A stretch of DNA of 64,000 nt from Camelus ferus (taxonomy: Eukaryota): positions 18,972,001 through 19,036,000 of the forward strand of contig NC_045716.1 of assembly GCF_009834535.1 (NCBI RefSeq), in the 5' to 3' direction. Below the pieces are notes generated by a model. It did no database searches, was not told where the DNA came from, and saw only the letters and a program-made list of their open reading frames with translations. Made by a program: the position numbers and the translations under genes. Positions 1 through 11,213 of the stretch are shown one piece after another; within the stretch, counting starts at the first letter, position 1, and the number at the start of each line of letters is the position of its first letter.

Positions 1-1145
1 CTGGGTGGTCACTCAGCCAGACACCAGGAACTCCAGTGCCCCGTCCATCTCACTGCCCTCCCCGCCCCAGCCATCTCAGTCCTAACCGGGGATGGACTCA
101 GGGTTAATGCAGCCTGGGGACATCACACAGAGTGAGAGCAGCACCAGTGTCAGTCAAGACTCCTGTTCTATCTGCCCTGGCTCTGCCACTAATGAGCTGT
201 GTGACCTTCAGTGTATCACCCTGCCTCCCTCGGCTTCCGTTGTCCCATCCATAAAACAAGGGGGTGTACCTGATCAGTGGTACTTCTCTCTTTAATTGTT
301 AAGAAAAATGATTTTTGCCCTCCCTGTCCAAGGACTTGAAAGATTTGTGAACCAAACTGATTCCCTCCTTTTGCAGGATTTCCTTCACGTGTTTAGAAAT
401 GTTGAAACCTGCAGGGCTTTTCAAGCCAGGAACCCAGGTGGGGACATTGGACAAAGTCATCTCGAGGTCCCCATGAGTCTCTGATGTAAACCAAAGTGTC
501 TGAGTCTTTGCCACAGCCCACGACTCCTATTCCCTGGCCTAGCAGTGCTGGCCCTGGTCACTCTGACCACTTGTTAACCGAGGGCGGGAAGTCAGGCATC
601 AGACAGGTTGGGGGGATCGCCCAGTGTTGCAGAGACCTGACATAGCTCTTCTAACCTCACACCACTACCGGTCACTCGAAGCCCACACGTACCACATTAA
701 CTTGCTCCTGCCTCTCATAGCTCCTCAATAATTACTTCCACAGACCTGCAGCACAGGCTGTTGGAAAGACATCCTCAGATTGCAAGAGCCCCACCTTCCC
801 CTGCCCTCCCCTGACTGTATTTAGAGTTTGCATGTGTTAACACTGTCAGACCCTCATATTCTCACAATCATCTCTTCTGAAACCAATGGTACCACCAGCC
901 TCAGATTTAAGGCCCTCCCTGGGCCACAAAACAGCTCATGTCTCATGGACATGGTTGCTCCTTGGGCAACCATCCTTCCATCCAGGACCCTGCATCTCTT
1001 TGCCTCTGCCTAGCTTTCATAGTTGCACAAGAGCTTCAGTCTTCCCCACCCTTCCTCAGCTCCTAGGTTCTCACGTGGGATGGGGAGGGTGTCCTGCCCC
1101 GATGTTGAGCTCTCTAAGACCAGGCCACTCACCTGCCCCACTTAC

Positions 1146-1185
1146 CTTCCCAGAGAAGCAGACTCCACAGGGACCACACAGCCAT
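1146..1185 (-). CDS. SLAMF8: SLAMF8 coding exon 1 (signal peptide); rest of the gene lies left of the window
   Basis: Reads MAVWSLWSLLLWE+G then a GTAAG donor, like human SLAMF8 MVMRPLWSLLLWE; expected syntenic position downstream of FCRL6. Confidence 0.9.
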
Positions 1186-1269
1186 ACTTTGGAGAGGAAG
1201 GCAGACTCCTTCAACACCCAAAATTCAAAACATCCCAGGTCAAGTGGAAGAAAGAAGGAGCTACAGTCC

Positions 1270-1360
1270 TTCTGGAAAGTCCCATGTTCAGAAGGAGGAA
1301 TCCTGACTCAGAGCAAGATGCCCCGAAAGTGGAAACACCCAGAGGAAAGTGGAAGTTGGC
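1270..1360 (-). promoter_or_regulatory. SLAMF8 proximal promoter: NF-kB site plus two IRF-Ets composite motifs
   Basis: GGAAAGTCCC (=GGGACTTTCC) at 1274-1283; GAAAGTGGAA at 1325-1334 and 1345-1354; 90-170 bp upstream of the ATG. Confidence 0.6.
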
Positions 1361-3692
1361 CTCGGGCCTGGCTGGGCCCCTTCAGGAGCTGATTCTTGTA
1401 AGTCAGCCTCTTTCCAGTGCCTGTAGCTGACAAGCACCCACATCCTCCTGGCGGACTCCCACCAGGCCTCCCTGCATCCACTCTGCACCAGAGCCGCCTG
1501 CCTTTCCGGTTGGAGCCCTTTAAACTGCAGTTCCCATCGTCACTTCTCCTCTGCTTAATTTTCTTCCGTGTCCTCCTGCTGCCCTTAGGATGAAGGCTCA
1601 ACTCTTGGCTCTCCTAAGCCCTCCTCCAGCCTGCTTCTCCAGGCTGGTGTCCCACGCCCATGCTGCTCCCCAGCCATGCCAAGCCGGGACTACCTCTTCT
1701 CACAACTGTCAACATCACACTTACGAGCGTTCTACTTGCTCCTCCACCAGACTTGCTGTTCCAACCATCCTTCCAGACTTGGTGTGGCTACACGGGCTAT
1801 GTGACAGGCCAGGCTGGCGTTCAAGGCTTCCTGACCACAGGCAGCGTGAGGAACCTCCCCTTCTGCATGTGCGTTCTTCTGTCATCACTCTAAGCACACT
1901 GTTTTATGACACTGTGCTTGTCTTCACAGGCTGTTTGCATCCAAGATCTTAAATTCACTTCTGTGTCCCCTGGATGCTCGGCACATCATGCACATTTACT
2001 GAACATTGTTAAATAAGGGGCATGAATCCTAGATATGGTTGCCTTGTTTGCTTCCTGGAAGCCTCTTCTCCAAGAGGATCTTATGGACCAGACAGAGGTT
2101 GGAACCTGGTGGCAACCACAGAGAAGCAGAGTTGAGCTTCAGCCTTTCCGAGTGAGGTCCCTTTTGCCCGTCGCCCCCTCCTCACCCTGTTTCTCTTCTG
2201 ACTTCCAGTCACTTGGTGTCTTGAGTCAGGGAAGGTTTTACGAGAAGATAAGGAAAATCCCCGAGCTTCCTGAGTGTGGCTTATGGTGTCTAGCCCTGCG
2301 TGGCTTCTGACCTGCCAGGCAAGCTGGACGCCCTGCTCTGGACCCAGCCAGGAACGAGGCAGATGTGGAGGTGGGTGAGTAGGAGGATTCCGGGACAGGG
2401 TTCCTGCCCTCCAGGTCCGCACAACCAGGTTGGAGGAAGGGAAGAGAAGGCTCCCCGCAGACAGGCACGGCTCTGCACGGAAGGAGAGTGCAGGGAGTCT
2501 GTGCTGCAGGAAGGGTGTGGGAAGAGGTCTTTGTGGATGTGGGCAGGAGACGCTTCCTTTCAAAGTGGAATTGGAGCTGCATCTTGAAGATGGATGTGAG
2601 ACTGGGACAGGCTGAGGAAACAGGGAGGGCCAGAGGTTGGGGGTGGGCTCTGAGCATGAGGGGGAAGCAGAGTGTGGCGGGCTTGGCAGTGGGGAAGCCC
2701 CAGTGGGCTCCAGGGACAATGAAGGATCAGAAGGAGGAACCCTTTAGGGCTCTGCGGTGGGTAAGAAAGAGAGGCTGGGGGTCGGATTATGGAGACTTTG
2801 AATACTGGGTTAAGTTTAGGCTTTTGTCCTGGAGACCAGCGGCTCTCCCCCATGCTGAAAGCTTGGATTCTCAGGGCTTCTGGTTCATTGGGGCCTGGAT
2901 GGAGGCACTCCAGGTGATTCTGGGCTGGTGGACCGAGGGAGCTCTTTGACAAGCAAGGCCCGGAGGAAGGGGCTGCTGTGCACTCTGAGCAGGGGCTGAC
3001 GCAGGGTGGGAGGGCAGCACTCAGGGCTGACTAGGGGGGAAGCGAGGCGGAGAAGCCTGGGCAGCCGCAGCTGTGATGGTCCTGATGAAAGCAGACAGGA
3101 ACTCTCCAGAGAGAAAGGGGCAGAGCCAGAGTCGTGACAGAACTTGGACGCTGCTGCCTGTGGTGCGGAGAGGCCAAGGGAGGGGAATCGCCTATGACTC
3201 CACCGTCAATTCCATCATTCACGTGTCAGATATTTATTGAGTAGCTACTTACGTGCCAGGTACGGGGACACAGAGATGAAAGGTGCGGCCCCGGCCCCCA
3301 AGGAGCCTGCAGTCTGGGTGAGAAGACGGGCATGTAACCCAATAGTTACAATCAGTGTGGCCAGAGCAACGCCAGCTATGTGCGCGCGATGCCCTGGGAG
3401 CCAGAGGACGGGTGGGTGGGAGCCAGCCTGGGCAGGTGGGAGGCCGGGAGGGCCTCGTGGAGGCGGCGGTATTTCAGGAGAGCCTGAGGATACAAATAGA
3501 TGAGGGTGAGGGTTGCTCTTCAGAACTCAGGCTCTAGGGTCAGCTTCTCGGGTTCGGATCTTGGCTATGAAACTTTGAGCAAAGTGGCTTCTCTATGTTC
3601 TGTGTCTTCATCCATGAAACAAAGGTTAATAACAGTATCCACCTCTTTTTTGGTGGTAAGGGTGAGACCACTTAGAGTGGGGTTTGGTGCAT

Positions 3693-4157
3693 AGTCATAT
3701 AAAACAGAGAATGCTGCCCACCATCCAGTCCTACAAGAATCAAGTCATTGGCCACTGCAGACACTGACCTACAATAAACCCTGGAAGGAATTTAGGGCTA
3801 CGATCAGGATGAGGCACTCTGTGCTTTGGGGAAATAGGCAGAACAGGCCCTCAGGTATTTTCAGAGAAAATTTTATGAACCCAATTTCTTGCATCTCCCC
3901 ATACTTAGAAAAGCACTAAAGTCATTAACTAGGATAGCTGTGCCGTGTGACAGCAGTGACCTCCTGCCAAGATGTGTGCTTGATTGCCTGTACTCTTCCC
4001 CCAAATCACATATATGCTAACCTCCCCCTAACCTCTTCCGAGCAGTTCCTCAGAGCTATCTGAGAGGCTGTCCCCTGGGCTATACGGTCCTCTGCAAGTC
4101 CCCAAATAAAACTGAAACTCTCAGCTTTCAAGGGGTACATTTTAATTTCAGTTGACA
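3693..4157 (+). mobile_element. Solo ERV1-type LTR
   Basis: About 465 bp ending TTGACA, AATAAA at 4105, near-matching 4-bp flanks GCAT/GCAC. Confidence 0.7.
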
Positions 4158-5681
4158 GCACTCAAAAAAATTAACCGTCATTGTTACTAACTGGCCAGAG
4201 AGAGGGAGGAAGGGGGAAGTGGGCACATGCAGGTAAAGGAGAGTTGGGGTGGGAGCTGCCCTGCTCCAACTCTCTCCGCCCAGACTGGGAGCTCCTGAGG
4301 GTGGCAATCAGGCCCCTTTCATTTCTGCACCAGGCATATCCACCCACCGACAGGCTTCCCACGAGGTGGTGCCCTCCAAGCATGTGTTGAAGTGTCAAGG
4401 CCAGGACTGGGGTGGCCATGGGATGCAGAAGTCTGGCTAGTGTGGGAATGCTGGGGATACAGATGAGGAATTCCTTTGGAGGAGATGGTGGTCAGTCATA
4501 TTCCCGCTGAGCAGAAAGTGGTCTAGAGTGGTCATCCAAGCAGGAAATGAGTTGTGATCTTCCTTGCACCTCCCCACTTCCCAGGCCCTTTTCCTGGAGA
4601 GGAATCTCAGGGAAGCTGAGGAAGTGGGGAGGAGGAGCCTGGGTGAGGACCTGAAAATACCCCACCTCCCCAAAGGGACAGACTTCCTGGGCCTGTGACA
4701 CCTGAAGAAGAATGGGCTGACGGAGGCGCAGGAAGGGTTAAGTCTGCGGTGGCGGCAGGTCCTCCCCCACTGCTAATCACTGGTTCAGACCACATTAATT
4801 ACGCAGCCACAGGGGGAGTGAGCGGAGTAAATTAGCTGGTGAGTTCAAAGGGGCCACTCCCCACATTCCTTAATTAAGAGAGCAGCTGGTAGCCGGGCTT
4901 CAGTTCAGCCTCCCTGGGGCCTTTCTGGGAAGCCCGAGCCAGCGAAGGCGGCCTCCGGCCTCCGTGAGGCCCAAGCAGGCACAGTGGCCCCATCTACCAG
5001 GCAGAATGGCCTGTGTCAGCCCTCAGACCACCTTCACTGCCGGCTGGGTAGGTGGGCGGAGAGGGGAGGGTGTTAACTGTGGCCAAACCAGTGCCTGAGC
5101 TCACCCATTAGGCCTGGGAGTGAGGTGGTGCAGGGATTTAGGGCCCAGTGGAATTTGATGGGGTGTGAAGGGGGCCCCAAGTAATGTCCCAGTCCCTGTT
5201 CACTCGCACTTGTCTTGATCCTTGGACTGGCCTGAGGGCAGAATGGGGCCTCGCTTCTCCCTGGCGGAGAGGTGGAGAAGGGAAAGCAAGTGGGATGTGG
5301 GAGGAGAGAAGGGAGCTGGTAGGAAGGAGGCGGAGGAAGATCCTGCGACAGGAAGGAGGGGCATTCAGGGGGCTTTTTGGAAGCCAAGGGTGAGGGGAGA
5401 GTGTGGAGTGTACGGGGGTGGGGGTGGGCCTCTGGGCACGGCATCCTAGGGAGCAGGATGGGGCTGAGGGGCAGGTGGACCGCCCCCTAAGCCGTCTCTG
5501 TGTCTGTCTTTGCCGATACAGTTCCCATGGAATGAACCAGTTGCCTACATGATCTGCCAGCCAACACCATGCCACCAGGCTGCCCTGCGCGGGGGAGCCC
5601 ATGTGCACGCCTCCCTTGCCAGCCGGCTTAGGCAGTGGTGGAGGAAGATTGGGTTTGAGGCAGTCCCGGCTGTCCTCTTAC

Positions 5682-6133
5682 CATGAAGGAAAAGCCGGGC
5701 TGGGCTAACAAGCTAACTCACAAATCTAAGTATAACAAGTGTCGGATTACTGATCTGAGTTCTGCTGGGTTAAATCGCAAATCTGACTTAATTAGCGTTG
5801 GTTTGCTGATTCCCTGTTCATGTTTTTTTTTTTTTTTTTTTTTTTTTGCTAGCCAGCTGGATTTTCAAAGAGACATATCTGGCCTTGAAATGTTGGTTTG
5901 CTGCCTCCCTGCCTCTTCTTTTGTGATAATGATGCTGCTAAGCTGTTCCATGCCTATTGGTCGAATACCCCAAGCTTGTAATTAACCCTATAAAACCTCA
6001 TGCACACGTCTTGGAGGTGCTCAGAGCTTCGGAGCAGAAGCCCCTCTGAGCCCGCCGGCCAGGCATAATAAATCTGAGCACTCCAACCCTCTGAGTGGTG
6101 CTTGTTTCTTGCTGGCCTGTCATTTCCGTAACA
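5682..6133 (+). mobile_element. Solo ERV1-type LTR
   Basis: 452 bp, TATA-like CTATAAAA, AATAAA, ends GTAACA, TTAC target-site duplication on both sides. Confidence 0.75.
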
Positions 6134-6769
6134 TTACTGCCTCCCTTTAAAGGGGCAGCGCCAGCCTCCTCTCCATCCTCTTCCCAGCTAAGCAGTTCTT
6201 TCTTCTCTTATCCTGTAGGTGATGTGACCCCACAGAGCCCAGGTCTCGAGAGGAGGCACCGCCAACTCACCCCTGCTGGATAAGTGTTTGCATGTAGCTC
6301 TGACATGGAGAGAAAAATGAAGTTTCTCAGCTCAGAGCCTGGCGACTGTGGAGACTGCTGGTGGGCAGGCCTGTGGGGCAGGGGGGCAGGCTGGGCGCTG
6401 TGGCACCCCTCCTCAGGGTCTGCAGGGTCTGGCGCTGGAGAGCTGTGAGAGACCCATTCTCCCTTCACGGCATCTCTGCTGCCCCTGCCCACCAGCGCCC
6501 TCTAGGAACAGAAGCGGGCGCCTGCTCTGAGGACTGGAGGTGGGGTTTGGGGCTGGGTGTGAGGACGTCAGGCAAACCAGTGAGAGCCCTGGGCTGGAGA
6601 ACGTGGGTTTTCTTCTGAAAGCTCTATTTTCTCTGTGTTCTTTGGGGGACTCTCTTTTCCTTTTTCTTAGTAATTGTTCATTTTGAAAAATGCCAGCTCA
6701 CTCTTTTATGAAGTAAGGATCTGGGGAGAGAGCAGAGTGTCCGAGAGACCAAGCCAGTGGGGTGTCTGT

Positions 6770-6810
6770 GTGTGTGAGAGAGAGGAAGAGAGAGAGAGAG
6801 AGTGAGAGCG
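6770..6810. repeat. (TG)n/(GA)n simple repeat
   Basis: Imperfect dinucleotide run. Confidence 0.8.
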
Positions 6811-7635
6811 AGCTGGCAAGTTGTGTGTGTAAAATAGGGACTTCTCACCTACCTGTGTTGAAGGACCTGTTTTTCTTTTTTATTTCCAACCCATTGTGGA
6901 GCTATAATATAAAAGCAAATTACTAAAGAAAATTAAAAGATATATAAAATACAAGTCCTAATTTTTATGATTATAGTTAAACACACACACAGTTATTCTG
7001 TCAGATTGCTATAAAAGTTCCTAAATTCTTGCTTTCAGTTGCTCTGCCTGTTACATGTGGACTGGTGAATACAGCTCACAGACAGCCCCTGTGCAGGGGA
7101 CCACGTGTTGAGTGTAGGGGTGTAGGGGCAGGGATGAAGGAGGCATGAAGGCTCAGGAAGGAGGGGGTCTGTGGGGATGACTGGAGGGCTGGCTCCTTCC
7201 TGGTCCCCGTCATCAGTGTTCCCTTCATGAGCTGTCTCGTCTCCATTTTGACTCTTTTCAAGGGGGCGACTCATTTACAGAGGGCGTGGCAAAGGCGTGG
7301 GTTCTAGGGGTGCTTCCTGACTGACCAGTGGGGACACTGCGCTTCTAGATGGCCTGTGCCCCCCTCAGTCATCCCAGCAGAGTCCAGGAGGCAAAGGGGA
7401 GGGGACCCCGGTGTCTTCTGGCTGCGGATGGATTGGTGATGAGAGAGGATAAGAAAGAGGAAAGGTTGGGATGGAAAAGGGGAAGGGAGAAAAGGGAGAA
7501 GAGAAGTGTGGAAAAAGAGGCTAGCATGGGTTCCTCATCCCCTGTCTTCACCCTGGAGCAGATCCACAGGCAATTAAGCTCCTAAGATTTACTTCAAGAT
7601 GTCTGTATTTTGGAGGTAGACCAGGATCTTAAAAC

Positions 7636-7641
7636 TTTAAT
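7636..7641 (-). terminator. Candidate FCRL6 polyadenylation signal (ATTAAA)
   Basis: Variant hexamer about 660 nt after the FCRL6 stop codon; not verified. Confidence 0.3.
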
Positions 7642-8303
7642 GCACATACAAATTGCTTGAAGATCTTATTGAATGCAGATTCTGATTAAGCAGTTCTGGG
7701 GTCTGCATTTCTAATAAGCTCAAGGGGAAATGCAAGATGTTTGCAGCTCTGAGGGGCCAGGAGCTCTCTGATCGCTGACTTCTTGCCTGGAGGAGGTGGG
7801 TGGGGTCTGGTGCAGCCCAGTGTCTGCAACTTGGACCTCGCTCTCTGTGAGTCCAGTGCAGGGGCCTGCAAAGACGGGGCCAGAGCCTCGCAGGAGCAAG
7901 TGTATACCTAATTCTTCAAGGACAACTCTGGCTGTGGGCTGGACTGGGACTCACTTCCCTTCTCCTGCCCCATCCCTGCCTCTTCCTCGTCCTCCTCATC
8001 TCTCTCATCACCAGCCTGGGCCACAGGGAGTCCATACTCCTCGAATAACCCAGACTGAACTAACTACAGCAGTGCCCATGGTCACTATTGATGGACCACA
8101 TGAGACAAACTGATACACCTTTAAGACCAGATTCTACAGCCATGTGTCCTTTGAAGCATGCAAGGGTAACTGAGTTTTCTGATGCCTTCCACCAACAGGG
8201 CTACTGGCTGCTGGGCTCGGAGGGCCCACAGAAGAGGCTGGGCCCCCCGACCTTCGGGTGGCGCTGGAGGCTGTGGGGGTGTGTGTCTGTTGCGGGGACG
8301 CTG

Positions 8304-8432
8304 TCACTGGCGGAGGACCTCCTCGTGGTCACCAGTGGGATCTTGGTGGGTCCTGCTGCTTCTGTTTAGCCCCTGGGCTGGAACCTCGCTGAGCTGCGGG
8401 CATCTCACCTCAGCGTAGATGACAGAGAAGTC
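8304..8432 (-). CDS. FCRL6: FCRL6 last coding exon (distal tail, VIYAEV motif, stop)
   Basis: CCCACAG acceptor, phase 0; DFSVIYAEVRCPQLSEVPAQGLNRSSRTHQDPTGDHEEVLRQ*; similar to the human FCRL6 C-terminus. Confidence 0.9.
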   Translation of the reverse strand, partial: DFSVIYAEVRCPQLSEVPAQGLNRSSRTHQDPTGDHEEVLRQ

Positions 8433-8508
8433 CTGTGGGAGAGTCAGGTCAGGATGAGGAAGCAGAAGTCACACAGGGGATGAGAAAAGAGCGGGGGCCC
8501 CAGCTCAC

Positions 8509-8540
8509 CTCTTCCTGCTGGGATGACTCTGCAGGCTTGG
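8509..8540 (-). CDS. FCRL6: FCRL6 32-nt cytoplasmic exon
   Basis: CCCCACAG acceptor and GTGAGC donor; (A)KPAESSQQEE; converts phase 1 to phase 0 as required. Confidence 0.85.
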
Positions 8541-9081
8541 CTGTGGGGGAGAGAAGCACCCTCAGGTTAGGGCATTTGTCTCCTTCCCACCTCCTTGCTG
8601 GCTGTCTTCCTCTAGAAGAAGGTCAGCCCAGGGTGGGAAGGCCACTCCCCCTTTTACTTCTTGGGACCCCTCTCCCTCAATCTGAAAACAGGAGGGTCTG
8701 GGAATCAGGAGACCTGAGTCTAGTTCCAGTTGAAACACACCCCAGCTGTGTGACCTGACAGCAGTCACTTGGCCTCTGATTCTCAGCTTCTTCACCCAGG
8801 AAAGGGGTGATGATGGTAACAGTGACTACCTCACAGGATTATGTGAGAAGCTGGAGAGACGAAGGTGTCCAAGATGCTCTTAGAGTAACTACTCCAATTA
8901 TACACCTACCATGCACCAGGTAACCTTTTAGGTGTAAGAATTATATATCTAATGTATCTAGAATATATCTAACAGATATATAAATCTATATATTTAATCA
9001 TCTCACATCAACACGGCCAACTAGGAGTTACTGATTCCTTCTCACATTGGGATGAGGAAACCGAGGCTCAGGGGTGTTTGT

Positions 9082-9270
9082 GGTGATGGTGGTAATGAAG
9101 GAGGGGGATGGTGGTGGTAGTCAGGGTGAAGGTGGTGGTCATGGTGATGGTGGTGGTCAGGGTGATGGTGGTGGGCAGGATGACGATGGTGGTCAGGATG
9201 ATGATGGTCATCATGGTGAAGGTGGTGGTCAGGGTGATGATGGTGGTCAGGGTGATGATGGTGGTTGTGA
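9082..9270. repeat. GGT/GAT-rich minisatellite, unit about 18 bp (GGTGATGGTGGTGGTCAG)
   Basis: Roughly 10 degenerate units in an FCRL6 intron. Confidence 0.85.
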
Positions 9271-9309
9271 TACCTCACCCTAGGCCCCAAAATTCCCCTT
9301 TACATTAGT

Positions 9310-9422
9310 TTATTTACTGATTTAATTTTTTTCTTTTTGTTTTTTAATGGAGGTACTGAGGATTGAACCCAGGAATTCATACGTGCTAAGCACGCACTCT
9401 ACCACTGAGCTATACCCTCCCC
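9310..9422 (-). mobile_element. tRNA-Ala-derived camelid SINE (Vic-1-like)
   Basis: tRNA-Ala(AGC)-like head, A-rich tail, perfect 17-bp TSD TTCCCCTTTACATTAGT (9293-9309 / 9423-9439). Confidence 0.9.
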
Positions 9423-9471
9423 TTCCCCTTTACATTAGTAAAGGTGTTAACTTTGGCCTGAGATCACTCAC

Positions 9472-9543
9472 CTTCGCTCTTCTTTGGGGTTGTACGTACT
9501 GCAGCATAGACAACCCCTGCATCCTCCCCATTCTGGAAATGAG
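9472..9543 (-). CDS. FCRL6: FCRL6 cytoplasmic exon with ITIM VVYAAV
   Basis: TTTCAG acceptor and GTGAGT donor, 72 nt, phase 1-1; (A)HFQNGEDAGVVYAAVRTTPKKSE, like human HHQKGKDEGVVYSVVHRTSKRSE. Confidence 0.92.
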
Positions 9544-9762
9544 CTGAAAGAAAGGATGCAGCTTGAAAAGGACCCACCTGCTCTCCCACCCCAAGACCTA
9601 AGTGCCCTGAAGGCACTTGTGGTGGGAAGCCAATCAGAGGCTCTGTCATGGTGAGACCTGGCGGTAGGAGGCGGTTATTAACGTGGGAGATCCTTCTTGG
9701 CAGACGGTGCCTGCCCCCTGCACCAGACTCTAGCAGCTTCCCCAGCCCCGACATTGTTTAAA

Positions 9763-9934
9763 CTAGAGGTTGGCTAACTTTTGTAAAAAACATAGTAAAT
9801 ATTTTAGGCTTTGCATATACCTGGCTCTGTAGTGTGAAAGCAGCCATACATGGTACATACATGATGTTCTTTACAAAAATACTTAATGGGCCAGATGTGA
9901 CCCATGGGCCACGGTTTGCTAACCCTTGCTCTAA
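9763..9934. mobile_element. MER58-like hAT DNA transposon fossil
   Basis: Terminal inverted-repeat-like ends (GGTTGGCTAACT ... GTTTGCTAACC) and recalled MER58A motif. Confidence 0.6.
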
Positions 9935-10149
9935 ACCTCTGTCCTGGCGGCCAGGCTCCTTTCCTGCTTCCTGCTCCCACCACCAGCTCCACACACTCGG
10001 TCCTCACACTCTTCCTGGAAGCCATCTGCTTCCCTCCCCAGATGACTCTAATTCCTGAGACTCGGGGCTCACGAGGCCTTTCTTCTCCTGACTCCCCTTA
10101 AGAGGCCCTTCTCTGCCTTTATGGGCAGATCGCGGTCCTGCTGGACGTC

Positions 10150-10215
10150 CACTGACACACAGTGGTTGCTGCTCTCCACCTGGGGCTGGGGGCAGATTCT
10201 GGGATGGAAGAGGAT
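10150..10215 (-). pseudogene. FCRL6: Decayed FCRL6 membrane-proximal cytoplasmic exon
   Basis: 66 nt, (D)PLPSQNLPPAPGGEQQPLCVS aligns to human GPLPSQIPPTAPGGEQCPLYAN, but flanked by AT rather than AG (10217-10216) and GA rather than GT (10149-10148). Confidence 0.8.
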
Positions 10216-11213
10216 ATGAAGGCACAATGCACTGAGTGCCTCAAAGAGCAGGCTGGACAGTGGGGACAGAGAGGCTGCCGGGGGTCTGAGGCTGGTTTAT
10301 GAATGAGGGTTAATTCACAGGTCTGGACACGGTTAATTTTTAAGGGATGTTTCCTTGGAAAAATATCCTAGCGGATAGGATGGCTCCATGGGAATCACAA
10401 ACTGGGAGGAAGCAGGGTCAGAAAGGATGGATCACACCTTTGCATCCAAAGAGCCCAGACCCACCAGTCAGGCTGCTTTTCAGAAGGAGGAAAATCTACT
10501 ATGTGCCCGAAACAGGGCCAGGGAATTAAAATTCAGTGTCTACTTTAGAGCAAATTTCCTAACCCAGGCACCGGCACAGAGCTGGATATCAAAAAAGCCC
10601 CTATTCCTAATTCTTCAGTGTCTCATATTCTTCACAACCAGCTTGCAAAGGTTGTACTATTATTTCCATTTTACAGGTGAGGTGACTGAGGCTGGGAGAG
10701 GTGACTTCCCCAAGGTCATACAGTAAGTGGTGGGGACAGAATCTTAAACCACTTTGTATGCTTTTCTCCACTCACATGCTGCCTTTGTGACAGCAGGTGT
10801 TTCCAGAACCTTAAAAATTAGTTCCTGGGATAGGAATTGGGTCACATGTGAGCTTTAGAACCCAGCGTCTAAGAAATATTCAATAGCTCATACAGCAAGA
10901 AAGCATCAGAATCACCAGGTAGGATCTCAGAAATAAAAACCAAGAGGGCAACAGTAGGACCTCGTTGTTTATCTATTTTATATATAGTAGTTTGTATCTG
11001 CTAATCTCAAACTCCTAATCTATTCCTCCACTTTCCCCTTTTCCCCTTAGTAGCGATTAGTTTGTTTTCTATGTCTGTGAATCTGTTTCTGTTTACTAAA
11101 TAAGTTCATTTGTGTCATGTTTTAAGATTCCACATATGAGAGATATCATATATTTGTCTTTCTCTTTCTGGCTTAACTTCACTTAGAATGATGATCTCCA
11201 GATCCATCTATGT

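Noticed and set aside
6491-6505. Further CTCF-like matches (6491, about 8260, about 41545)
   Set aside because: They miss key core positions, so are too weak to report without a PWM scan.
9042-9290. His-rich 82-aa ORF as a standalone metal-binding protein gene
   Set aside because: It is the translation of a simple tandem repeat, starts at a non-ATG codon and has no promoter or splice support.
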